Below, in pieces: positions 27,329 to 39,400 of a DNA stretch of 64,000 nt; positions within the stretch are counted from its first letter, which is position 1; each line of letters begins with the position of its first letter. Location: the NCBI GenBank assembly GCA_028534125.1, contig CM052817.1, positions 27,344,001 through 27,408,000 on the forward strand, written 5' to 3'. The notes under the pieces are model-generated. The model did no database searches. It was not told the DNA's origin and saw nothing but the letters and a program-made list of their open reading frames with translations. Source of the DNA: Lama glama (Eukaryota). Position numbers and translations under genes: made by a program.

Positions 27329-27595
27329 CTATCCTGAAACAATAGAGGAAGAGGCAAGTGAAGTGGGGTCTCCTTGTGAAGAGGACCCTGTCGGCCAGAT
27401 GGACCCTGGTGGGAAGCCTCCTGAAGGTGGGTCAGAATCTCCCAATGGCAGTGGTAAGGAGCAGCCTCCTCCCGAGGGTGCTGTGGCAGCACCAGCTCCC
27501 AAGTCTGAAGAAAAAGATGCTGCTGAAATCCAAAAGCGCAGAAGGCTAGAGCAAGCTGGAATCAAGGTCATGCCAGCAGCACAGCGCTTTGCCAG
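27329..27595 (+). CDS. LIMCH1: LIMCH1 alternative exon 1 of block (YPETIEEE...LEQAGIKVMPAAQRFA), 267 nt, phase 2-2
   Basis: Acceptor ccaactcactag, donor AG|gttagc; open in the frame that continues the upstream exon; length divisible by 3. Confidence 0.85.
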
Positions 27596-27658
27596 GTTAG
27601 CTCTGCAGGCCAAGGGCTGGCCTGGCTGGCTTCGTGCATGCCTGGGGGTTTGGAATCT

Positions 27659-28158
27659 NNNNNNNNNNNNNNNNNNNNNNNNNNNNNNNNNNNNNNNNNN
27701 NNNNNNNNNNNNNNNNNNNNNNNNNNNNNNNNNNNNNNNNNNNNNNNNNNNNNNNNNNNNNNNNNNNNNNNNNNNNNNNNNNNNNNNNNNNNNNNNNNNN
27801 NNNNNNNNNNNNNNNNNNNNNNNNNNNNNNNNNNNNNNNNNNNNNNNNNNNNNNNNNNNNNNNNNNNNNNNNNNNNNNNNNNNNNNNNNNNNNNNNNNNN
27901 NNNNNNNNNNNNNNNNNNNNNNNNNNNNNNNNNNNNNNNNNNNNNNNNNNNNNNNNNNNNNNNNNNNNNNNNNNNNNNNNNNNNNNNNNNNNNNNNNNNN
28001 NNNNNNNNNNNNNNNNNNNNNNNNNNNNNNNNNNNNNNNNNNNNNNNNNNNNNNNNNNNNNNNNNNNNNNNNNNNNNNNNNNNNNNNNNNNNNNNNNNNN
28101 NNNNNNNNNNNNNNNNNNNNNNNNNNNNNNNNNNNNNNNNNNNNNNNNNNNNNNNNNN
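27659..28158. other. Assembly gap (500 N)
   Basis: Run of exactly 500 N, suggesting a placeholder length. Confidence 0.99.
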
Positions 28159-28504
28159 TGAGAGCTCTGAACTCAGGGTCTGTTCCCTTACTGGAATAGG
28201 AGTCAGATCAGCTGAGATGAGATAATGAGTTTGAAAGGGCTTTGCAAACTGTAAAGTGCTGTGCAAGCATTGTAAGGTATGATTAGTTAGCATTCCACTG
28301 TCCTTAATCCTGGCTGAACACTGCTGTCTGTAACCAGCAATGCAAATCACAACTCCATTCTAAGCACAACTCACAGGAGCCCTTTATTTAATAACCAAAA
28401 TACTTCTCTTTCTCCTTCTTCCATGGTAATGATAAGGCCTTATTTTTTGTATGACGTTCTGCTTTCAAAACTGTTCCCGGCCATGCCCTTTGTGTAATAG
28501 TACA

Positions 28505-28710
28505 GTATTATGAACAGGACCTCTGGAGCCAGTCTGCCTAGGTTTGAATTTTAACTTAAGCAGGGACACTTTGACCTTTGGCAAATTTCTTAACCTAATC
28601 TCAGTTTCCACTCTATGAAATGATCATGCTAATAACACTGGCATTGCAAGGCTAGTATTAGGATTTGAATTAACACTAGAAGGAATTCTGGCACATGGTG
28701 TAGCTCAATA
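28505..28710 (+). mobile_element. MIR SINE
   Basis: ctctggagccagtctgcctaggtttgaatt...ttgacctttggcaaatttcttaacct...tcagtttccactctatgaaatg. Confidence 0.7.
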
Positions 28711-30307
28711 ATAGTCAGCCACCTTCTTTGTTATCATCAATGTGCTTTTTAAATAATGCATATTCAAAGAGATTAATTCAATGGCCAGTCATTTCTTACT
28801 GACCATTCTTTATGGCCACAGCCAACCAACACCAGTTGATTCTTGCCAGACTTGCTGGCTAAGGAGGCCGGGAGGAGAGTGAGCATGGTTCAGGAGTGGC
28901 CAGGCAGGAGACCAAGAGCTAGGTGTGTAACTCAAAGGGCAGGATTTCACCTACCTCCAAATTCCATATTTTAAAATTTTATTGAAAACAGTGGGCAGCA
29001 GGGAGAAGGAGTTTTCTGGACATGACTTATGATGGTTTGATTTTCCAAAAGTCAGAGGGAGTGAAGACCTGCCATCATCACAATATGATGGCCTCCTCTG
29101 CAGCAGTACAGGCCAGAGCAGCAGACAGCAGGCCACCTGGTCAACCAGAGTAGATGGCATTTCCTTGCTCATCTTACTCTTAGCCCATCTAATTCCTCCC
29201 ATCTTCATTTCTGAAATGACTTGTCCCTTAAGAATTTACTCCTAATCCTCTGTCAGAAATCAGATACAAAGTAGGTGAGCTTTCTTTAGAAGTCAAGATG
29301 TTTTATTTACTTATCATCTTTATGAACTGAGAAGATAATAAATAATTTTTAAAACAAGTTTCATCATTTTATTATGACTTAGAAGTAAGGCCGATCTTAC
29401 TAGTAAGGACGAAGAGTTCGTTTGAATGGCAGACGCCATCAACTGTATTCTACCCCACCCACTCCCAGTAGAAACGAAAAACAAAACAAAGCATAAAAAG
29501 TCCTGATATTCCAACTTTAAACTACATTTCTCTAAGAATTTAAAGTTTAGGACCTTCAAGATTTCTTTGAAAATGGAAAGAGCCCTAAGCAAACATTTTG
29601 GCAAAATGTCTTAACACCATTTACTTAACATCTAGCATATGACAAAGAATAGCTGAGAGGTGGAGAGTCATTGGGATAGAAGATGGAGAAAGGGTTGCTG
29701 ATGGGAGGGTGCAGGGCAAGGTAAGCTTTTGTGCCTTGGGTTCATCCTATAAATGGTCATAAACTATTCCAGATGTTTCAGGTCAGCTCAGCGCAGAAAG
29801 ACCGTCCTTACACCTTGCAGTCTGGTACACATTCTAGGTGTGCTGCCACATTGCCGCATTCATTAGCATTCCCCCAGATCAGTTTCCTAGTGGCTTGGAA
29901 TTTTGCCCTGATCACTCAAAAACAAATTGAGTACCTACTGGGGTGCATGACTCATGTGCTAAAGAAAAAATAACAACAAAATGCTTCTTACTTTTCCCCA
30001 TCTCATGAAAAGAAAGAATTCAGATTGTCACTTTCAGAGCCATTTAGGATCCTGCCTTTCTGACGCTGATGAGGTCCTGTTGGATAAATGAATTTTGAGT
30101 ATTGTTAGTAGCTGGCTAAATTCAAAGTTTTGAATCCCACCCTAACTATGCTGCAACTCTGGACTAAAGTAGTAGACAGATGTCATCTGGACTAACGATA
30201 TTGAGAAGACCTTTCACTAACAAGACAGTTGCCTGCCTGGAGATGGGGATTTAAGAACGATTTTGGTCTGATCACCTGTGGAGTTCCATTTAATTTTGCT
30301 CTATCAG

Positions 30308-30595
30308 TCGAAAGCTGTTAAGTGGTGAGAAAGAAGCTGTTCGAGATATTATCCTTCGTAAAGAAAACCAACATGGCAAAGACTCCGACTCAGAAGATGA
30401 AGCTTCAGGTCGACTGCCTGATCTTGAGAAAGATGACTTTGCTGCCCGGAGAGCAAGGATGAACCAGCCCAAGCCAATGGTGCCACTGAATCAACTCCTC
30501 TATGGGCCTTACCTGAAAAGAGAGGCAGAGAAATCAGATGGCAGCAAACAACCCTCAAAGGGAATCTCAGGAAAGAAAAGTCTAGAACGTAAAAG
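30308..30595 (+). CDS. LIMCH1: LIMCH1 alternative exon 2 of block (RKLLSGEKEAVRDIILRKE...LPDLEKDDFAARR...SLERK), 288 nt, phase 2-2
   Basis: Acceptor ttttgctctatcag, donor AG|gtgtgc; no stops; length divisible by 3. Confidence 0.88.
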
Positions 30596-33047
30596 GTGTG
30601 CACTCTGTGTGTGTGTGTATGAAAGAGAGAATGTAATTAGGCAAAGGTGATTTATATCAGAGGCCCCCCCCACCCCATTCCTCTCTTTCCTGCCCTAATT
30701 ACGTAATTGGTAATGGTGGTTTATTTTGAAGTGGAACTCCAGATATCCAATCTCCCCTACGTGCAGATGGCACGGAGTAGAATGGCCATGTCTAAAACAG
30801 GGCTGAATTCACCAATTAAATATGGAGCGTCAGTGCTGTGTCTGGCGCATCACCACATATGGGGACTGGTGTCACACACTGGCATTATTGGCATAAATAG
30901 ACACATACTATTGCTGATCAGGGAACAGGAACCTCTCAAGGCTGCTCCATTCCATCCACAGCAGGCAAAAACCATAGTTATTCCTTTGCTATGAGCTCTT
31001 CCCTCTTACTGGCCCCTTTCAAAAATTGGAAAGGGAAAAAGTGAGGCTTGCTGTTTCTTCCCTAACCCCAGCAAGATCACCTCAACATCTGATGATGGAT
31101 ATCTCTTACCAAAAAAACTTCTCTAATATACAACACACTTCTGTTTGTTCTGTCATGGAAATTATTTTTTAAGTGAGTTTCCTTCTCCCAAATTTCTCCC
31201 ATCCTCTTAATTAGGGAAAGGAAAATTTAATGAAATGTGATTTGGCCACTGATTTTTATCCTAAGAGGGATATGATGTCATTGAAGCCGTCAGCATGCTA
31301 AATGTCAGCATGCAGAGTCCATCATGCTTGTATTTTTCCTTATGTCAAAATCAGTTAGAGTTCACATCTTTACTATTTAATTGCCATATTGTGGCCTGTC
31401 ACTTAAGAGGTTCGTATGTCTGTTGAGCTAAGAATATGACTATCTCAGCTGTGTTTCACACAATTCAAGTGGTTCTTTGGGCAGAATCATTGAGAGCAGT
31501 TTTTTTTTATTGTTTTTTATATTTTTATTTGGGAGGTACCAGATACAAAACACATGAAAGGTCTCTGTACATAGAGCATGGGATTAGGGCACAGAAGACC
31601 TGGCACATTTTTATAGGACATATTGTAGCTTCAGGAGGCTCTTGGCCTTTGCAGATCTTGCTGGCATGCCTTGTCAAACCATTCTCAGGGGGCCTTGTGG
31701 GAGAGATCACTTGTTGCAAGTGAAAAAAAGGCTTCTGGATAACGGACTAGTGTCAAGGCGTATTGATGAGGATCAGCAACTTGAGTTAGGAAAAGGAGTA
31801 GCTGTTGTACCTCCCTTTTTTCCTTTCTCCCACATGCAATTTTAATTCCTAGTATTTCCAGCCCCATTTGTCTGTTGTCACCTGACTCTGTATTTGGGGA
31901 CTTAGCTCTGGGTCTGGGACAGTCCATGACCTCTCTGGAGAGCTTCAAAGAACTGATGAAAAAAAAGAAGGCTCCCTAGTGGCTCTTTGCAGTGCCCTTC
32001 TGTGATCTCTTTCCCCAAACTGAAAGTAAATAGAAAATTCTGTAGCCTTCCTATTGGCATAGGCTCTGTAAATACACCGAGACATCCATGTAACAAAAGA
32101 ATACCTCTTTGTTTTCTCGTTTGGAAGATAGATTTTGAAAAAAAAAAAATGAATAGCCCTATTTATGTATATTTTTGAGACTTTCTATCTCAAGAAACAT
32201 ACTTAGTTAGAAATTGGTTTTTAATGTGGTAGAATATTTATGCACATAGATGCCACAGCTTTAGTTTAAATCACTATATTGTCACCATTAGCCATCTAAC
32301 ATTCACTTCTCAGGAGAACAATTGAAAATACCAGTTCTGGCTGTAATAAAGGTGAACCATTACCAATACAAGAACAAAGGGGTATTGACAGTGTGGAGCC
32401 AGGTAAAGCGAGGTTACCCTCTCCATTTGTTCTTCAAGTTTATATTAGCCAAAACTAATTAATGCTATCAGGAGGCAGAGACTGACTTTGAACATGGAAA
32501 TTTTCTATTCAGAACTGACCTAACCGTACTTTCTGGCAGTAGGAGGGTTTATGGTTGAGATGTTTAATATGTGAACAATGTTCCAGCTATCTCCAAACTA
32601 ATCCTAGAATTTGGATCATGCAAAGCTCGTTACTAACATTTTACTGCTGCAATAAAAGACATTCCAAGAGGGCTCAGGGATTCAATCAGAAAACTTGAAT
32701 TCATTATAGTAACTTGAATAGTGTGGGAACTGGGCATCATTACTGTCAAACCGAAATCTCATTACCATTCTTAATAGTCTTTCAGCGAGCCCTGGCTTCT
32801 CTTCCTAAACTAACTAGAGACCGTCATCTGGTGGAAAAACTCCATCTCATTGCAGTGTCAAAAGGGTAGCGTAGACGAAAGCAATCAAGGCTGCAATTGA
32901 TTCCATATTTTTGAGAAAGGGAAAGGTGCTTCCATCATTTCATTCTGAACTCAGCCTCTGAATTTCCATGCTTGACATTCTGTTTATCTGCTCCCTTTCC
33001 TGGAACCTGATTTTTCCGATGATGTGGGGCCTGGATCAAATTGACAG

Positions 33048-33290
33048 AAAGCAGGGCCAAGCAGAAGAGGTGAAGTCAAGGGTGACCTGTATTACACGGG
33101 CTCAGGAGAGTGAGCCTGCGGAGGAGGGACTCAGGAAGATGCCCGATCTTTACAAGGATGACCTGGCGCAGCGGAGAATTCAGGGCAGGCCTGGCCCTCG
33201 CCGCGAGGTTCCGAGCTTTGTCACAGTCTCCAATATAACAGAAGCCGACCTGGAGACGTGGGAGAGACTGAAAGTGTCAGGAAAGACAAG
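33048..33290 (+). CDS. LIMCH1: LIMCH1 alternative exon 3 of block (KQGQAEEVK...MPDLYKDDLAQRR...TWERLKVSGKT), 243 nt, phase 2-2
   Basis: Weak acceptor gatcaaattgacag, donor AG|gtgtgt; inside ORF 32968..33333. Confidence 0.83.
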
Positions 33291-33824
33291 GTGTGTCTTC
33301 CCCTGGTTTCCCCCTCACAGTGGTATCCTTTAACTTTGAAGGAATCAAATGCTTATCCTTCCAGCATTTTTATTTTCGTGGCCAGAAAAAAATGCCTCTC
33401 AAAACACAGAGCATATTCTTCATGAATTGAAACTTATTAATACTGAAAGTTACAAGCCACATGGACGGAAAACACCCTCTTTAATTCAATCAACTTATTG
33501 TAAATGCTTATTTTGATAGTCTTGTTCACTATAAGGAATTTAAATTGATTTTTAGATAATTTTAATGATTTCATTGTACCTCAGATTTTTCTCATGCCAT
33601 CATTTGTGACATTGGAAGTGATATTTTGAAAGCTATGGAAGCTTAAAGTACTATTTATAAGAACAAGCAGGACAATGATCATTTCTTCATTTGATTGATT
33701 AATGGAAAAGCACTTCTGCTTTAGCCATCACAGTATTTTTCATCCATCTAGTATTTTTTAAAAACCCTTCATGGATTTGTACTCACCTTAGAAACCTTTG
33801 GAACTTATTTCTGGTTCTGACTAG

Positions 33825-34151
33825 GGATGGAGATGTTGAACACATGTGTGTCCCTGAGCCTCTACCAGAAATTAAAGCAGAAACTGCCATCCGTGATGAC
33901 TTTGCCAGCCGCAAGGCAGGGGCCTATAAGAAAGCTTCCAGCCCTAGGCAAAAGTTTGTGCACTTTGGCCCAGTGACAGAGATGGATCAGCAGACCTGGA
34001 AGCGGCTCAGCATTGGCAAGGCCGGGCCTAGGCAGGACGGAGAGGAAGCCGTCGGTCACAGCAGGAAGACGCAGACGTACTCTGTGTCCCCCGCCTCGGC
34101 AGCCACGTCCCGCTTGGAAGACCAAACGCTTAACCCACAGAATGGCTACAG
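33825..34151 (+). CDS. LIMCH1: LIMCH1 alternative exon 4 of block (DGDVEHMCVPEP...IRDDFASRK...TLNPQNGY), 327 nt, phase 2-2
   Basis: Acceptor ttctggttctgactag, donor AG|gtattc; overlaps ORF 33844..34350. Confidence 0.83.
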
Positions 34152-35458
34152 GTATTCTTCGCCGCTCCGTGTGTGTGCTAGATCTGTGCAGGAATCACTG
34201 CCGCTTTTAAAGAGTCTGCTGAAGCACATTAAAGAAACCACCAGAGATGACCTCGTTTTAACAGGCTCTTTGCTGGTTAGCAGAGAAGTAATGTTAGCAG
34301 CTTCCCCTGGGGGGAAACGTGTGAAGTTAAATGACATCCATCCATTCTGATTCTATTGTCACCAGAATCGCTGCCCGGGAATGCCAATAATTTTGGCAAA
34401 TGACCCTTTTCCCCTCGGCTGCATTAAGCACTATTTTATTCATTGGAAATATTAAACAAATGAAATGGAATGTTTTAATGATACCCTCTGTGTTTCTTCT
34501 AAACATATATTGATAAAAATCAGGCTTATCTACGCCATTCCTCTTTCTTATCCCACAAAGGGAGGAAGAAATAGTTATTTGTATCGTAAGTTCAAATTTT
34601 GAACATCTAAGTAGACACACACCCAAAAATAAACACCTCCCTCTCTCTCCACTTCTTAAAATTATATAACAAATCTTGAGTGGAAAAAGACTCTTCTCTG
34701 GACGGTTTCTATGAGTCAGGAGTTTCCTTGGCTGAATCACAATCCGAATTTGTGAGGGATCACCTGGGAAAAGGCCTTGTAAGCCCGTCACCAGTCCTCA
34801 TCCTCCCTGGAGGTCTTCCAGCTTTGAGTTCCCAAGCCCTCTTTCGGTGATTCAGTTCTGTGAGCTGATCTTTCCTCCACTAAGCAGGGATAGGACATTT
34901 ATAAAATTCTGGATTCTCCCGGGAACCTCCACTCCACCCTCATGATGGGGGCCACGTAAAGCCCTCCAGGGCAGGAGAAAATGCTCAGGACATTTTCCTC
35001 CAGGCTTTGCCCTTAATATCCAAAGCAAACGGTGGATGGTCCATGACGTACGGAGGGGTTTCTTTGGTTCCATGCTGTGATGACACCATAGAGGAGGCTG
35101 TGGATACGAATAATCCTAAGACCCCAGAAATGCACTGTTGGGGTTTCAGTGGCTGAGGGGGCCAGAGGTGCAGAATTGGGAGTAAGAAATGCACCCGTGA
35201 GTCCTTGACTACTTAAGGGGTCACCACTCAGCCCCCTGGGGACAGAGTCATGCCAGCCTTCTTTGACTTTCTCAGGCTCTTGCCAGGGTCCACATTCTAT
35301 TACACAGTCTGAGTCTGTCATCCTTACTAACCAGCTCATGGAATGAGAGCACCCGAACTCTGTCTCATAACCTTTCATTCTCAACCACTTTCATTGTCTC
35401 TTTGCATAACTCTTTTTCGTCTTCTCTCTTGCCACCAATGCCACTTGATTATCAACAG

Positions 35459-35577
35459 AATAGTGACTTCTGGTGTAGATGACAGTTGCAAAAGGGTCTC
35501 GCAGCTTGCTCTGGTGCCGGGGTCCCAGGAGGAGCATAGCTGCCGTTTGGGCGAGTGCCCAAGGAGGACAGAGGAAG
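35459..35577 (+). CDS. LIMCH1: LIMCH1 alternative exon 5 of block (IVTSGVDDSCKR...LGECPRRTEE), 119 nt, phase 2-1
   Basis: Acceptor ttgattatcaacag after a pyrimidine tract, donor AAG|gtgagg. Confidence 0.78.
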
Positions 35578-35662
35578 GTGAGGAGGAGAAGGGTGACAGG
35601 TGGGGCCAGGGCCTCTGGTGTGAAATCTTTCCTAGTAGTAAAGCTGTCCTGTCTGGCTTTAG

Positions 35663-35774
35663 TTACACGCAAACAGCTGCCACAGGATGGCACACAGGAG
35701 AACGGAGGAGTTGCTCAAAGAGATTCTGAGATGGCGCCCAAGGCTGAAAGATCTGAGGAGAGCGGCCAGCCACT
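35663..35774 (+). CDS. LIMCH1: LIMCH1 alternative exon 6 of block ((V)TRKQLPQDG...AERSEESGQP-L), 112 nt, phase 1-2
   Basis: Acceptor tcctgtctggctttag, donor CT|gtgagc; restores phase 2 after the 119-nt exon. Confidence 0.78.
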
Positions 35775-36217
35775 GTGAGCACCTTGCCTGCATTCCAGGG
35801 TGTGCTGCCTCTGCTGTGCGTGGCTGCTATGTCCCCCCGAAACGAGCTTAATAAAGCCACAGTGTGCACTTGACTACTGTGGCGTGGAGTGCAGTCACTC
35901 ACAGGAATGCGCCCATCCCAGGGCCAGAGTTCTGCTTTCAGTGCCCCCCTGGGTAGAGATTTTAGCCTTTGCACGTGGTTGGGTGCTGGCCAGATTCATT
36001 CTCAGGAATCATGAAAACCAGAAAGGGAAATCCATTGCCATGTAAGTATCAGCCGCATGATGGAAGTCCATGGTATTAATACTCAGTTGCTATGTGTGCT
36101 GCTGCCTCCATGAACATGGCTTCTTCTTAATCTTGAGTTAATGCCAAGTGCGTGATGCTACTGAAAATATCTTGAGTAATAAGTGCCCTTTGACTGGCTG
36201 GGCTGAACGTGCCCTAG

Positions 36218-36478
36218 TTCATGTCCTCTGGCCTCTGAATGGGAGGCTTCAGAGAGAGAAGAGAAGTCAGAGAAGATGACAGCTCCTGCCTGGTGTGGCA
36301 GTGGACTGAGGGGCCAAAGAAAGTTGTATGATTCACACAAAGATGACATAATGGCCAGGAGAACTGGGATGTCTCTTAAATACATTAGATCCAACCCAAA
36401 CCAGTTCCTTCCGGTTCCATTTGCAAAGCAACACAATGTGGAGGAATCTGCCAAGGGTCCACCAACAAAAGATAAGAG
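36218..36478 (+). CDS. LIMCH1: LIMCH1 alternative exon 7 of block (SCPLASEWEAS...KDDIMARR...NPNQFLPVPF...TKDK-R), 261 nt, phase 2-2
   Basis: Acceptor aacgtgccctag, donor AG|gtcagg; overlaps ORF 36276..36602. Confidence 0.85.
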
Positions 36479-39400
36479 GTCAGGAGATTATCCTGAGTTC
36501 CCCAGTCTTGAGTTGAGCCTTGACCCATGCTTTGACTATGTTATTAATGCTTTCTCATTCATCAGTGCCACTTACCCGCTTTTGCCAGCGGAAATGAAAT
36601 GATTAAAATTGGCCCAGTCTGCAGAGTTTTGGTTTTGTTTTTTTTTTTTTTGCATGTAAACAGGTGTGGAAAGAATAGTTAGTTGTGAATCGTCCTGTTA
36701 ACCGTTTTTTCTGACTCTCATCTTGTGAGCAGCCTAAGTGGGAGAAACTCTTTTATTTTTCCTATCTCACATAGGCGCCTTTGGGTAAAGGAGTTGACCT
36801 TCTTTCTGACCTACTTGATTTCATTCTGATTCCAGGAGGGTCTCCAGATCCAAAGAAGATATATACCACTTATAAAATTTGTTATTTAAGTTAATTTTAA
36901 TATTAGCAAACAGTGCTTTCTAGACGTGGGATTTCCGTTCTGTGCCCTGACTTGATTTAAAATGAAAATAGGGAGATAATAAAATCCTGGGGTTTGTGGT
37001 CTGGGTTAAGGTCCTCTACACTGAAGTTTCTGTTGCTGTTTAGTGAGAGACTTTTGTTGAAAGTGTGGGCTGCCTGGTTAATGTACGGCAGAGGAGTGAG
37101 GAGTGTTTCTGCATAATTGAAGCGCCACCATAAACCAGGAAGTGATGGAATTCTGCTTCACAAAGGACCTTGTTGATGGCAGTGGGACAGAGGGTGGAGT
37201 GGGGAGCGGAGAGAATCTTCAGTAATCCCCTAATTTAAAAATTACTATTGTAGCCATCCTTACCGCCTGGATTTAATCTATGTTTTACATTCTTCTGAAT
37301 CATAATATGACTATTCAGAGCCTCGTGGTAACACTGGTCTCGGGGAGCAGGGATGATATCTGTGCTCTACTTATGACCACGGCCCTTTCAAAGTGCCTCT
37401 GCTCCCTCAAGCGCACCTTCTCCTGGGAATTCACAGGTAGGTTGAGTAACTGTTGGCTCCAGTTCACAAATGGGAAACCTGAGGTAGGGAGACGTTATGT
37501 GAGTGGATTGCACCGGATCCCAGCTGGTGAGGGCAGGTTAGTGACCCAGGAGCTGACTGGTGTGCCCTGCCACCACCACCCCCACCGTGCTCTCACTTAC
37601 TCCCCAGGTGCCCTGACAGGGTGCTGGGCCCCCTGAGTCTGTGGGCTCCCGGAAAGCAGTTAGCATGAAAGGCAAGAAGGAAGTGAGGCCCGTAGGCTGC
37701 CTACTAGATGCATTCCAGGTTTCCCGTTTCCTCCCTCCTCACACAGCCTTCGAGAGTGGGAAGTTTCATCAGTAACCTACCATGAGAAACTGAGGCCCTT
37801 GTCAAACAAGGCTGGTAATTATAGATCTAAGATCCAAACCCAGCTCTGTGTGAGAGGGAGCCGCTGTCCCACTCCAGTGCGGTGCCTGCACAAGTGACCA
37901 GAGGAAGCTGCGGAGGTCTGGTGACTTCCCTGTCGCTTCCATCTGTCTGTCTATCTGTGATTCGGAAAGAGTCCTCTTTATAATCAAACGGGGGTGTGTG
38001 GCCGGTTTGAGCGTCGGGCGAAGTAGTCAGATGAATTCCATGACATAATTGTGCGACTGAGCAAGCACACACCTTGGGAACTTGTGCTTCTGTTCAACGA
38101 AGGTTTATTGAGTAATGACTCTGTGTAAAACACTCAGTGTTGCAGGATAATCTTAAATGAGCAGTAATCCCAATTTTTCCTCTGACTTCAGATGACGCTT
38201 ATGCTAGTTCACAGTATGGCTAATTATTAATCCTGAAGTGCTTTATTAGTGCTGAAAGTTATATAAACACAATCAATAGGTGAATCGAGTATTCCTTTTA
38301 TCTTTCTAAGTACCCCTACCCTCACAATTAAACTGTATTAATTGCTTTTTTTTTTGTTAGGATGCTTATACCAAGTGTGATTTGTCTGGCCATTTTTGTA
38401 CTTGATAGTCTGTTGATTCATCTACTTCCATTAAAAAAACTCTTTATTAGTGATTTTTTTTTTAAACTCACCTTTACTTTTCTATTTTCTGTAGGACAAC
38501 TGGGAAAATCGTTTGAAGCCCAACTCTAATTATCTTCTCCTTAACAGCAAAGGCAATTCTGCTTAAAGTGATGCCCTCTTAAAGCAAATAAATCAGTCCG
38601 AGGGGAAATTCCTTAAATCCATAAGTGTGTCATAAATGGATAAATGGAGGTTTTCTTCAGAGACTGCACTGTCCTTTTCAATTTTCCGAGCATCCAGAAG
38701 GCCTAGTCTGGCCACTGTTCAGGGAACCCCTGGAAGAAAAATCCCTACACACATGGAGCTTATATTTCGGTTTAATTGACATTTGTTGGCAGAGATGGCC
38801 ACGAAATGCTCTTAAGTATTTTGTGTAGAAGCAGCTTAAATTCGAGTATATCCCGCAAGCAACATCATAGCTGAACCTCGTAAACAAAATGTACAAAGGA
38901 AGCCAAACTCAAAATGGACTGTCTGAGTCCATTTATGTAGCACAAATCACTCACCCGCTCATCTGCGGTTTGTGAAAGTTCATTGAGATGTCTGTGCCTG
39001 GTATGTGCACTCTCTGTATGTGGTTTTACTTTAATTAAACATTAACTACTGTATTCAAATAGAGGCACAGGAACACATACCAACCACCCAGCGGTCATTT
39101 CTAGATTAACCATCCATGAGGAGTAACTTCTCTGCTCTCTTCCACGGATAGTTTAGAAAACACCATATTTGACTGTCTATTCCAGTCGTCCTACTAATTA
39201 ACTGGGAAACATGCACCCAGGCTTCAGAATTAGCACTGTTCATGTACCCTTTCTTGATATGGAGGAATCCATCTGCCTCCATGCGGTGGTGGTTTTAGAA
39301 AATTGAGTGTATTAAGTTAAACTTTAGCACCTTCTGAAACTGTCTCCCACAGAAACAGAAAACAGGCCTTACTTTCAAAAGAAAAACATCCACAAGCACT

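Noticed and set aside
27568..28350. Long ORFs of 175-309 aa in the track
   Set aside because: Their length comes from reading through the 500-N gap; only the 27329-27595 exon portion is real.
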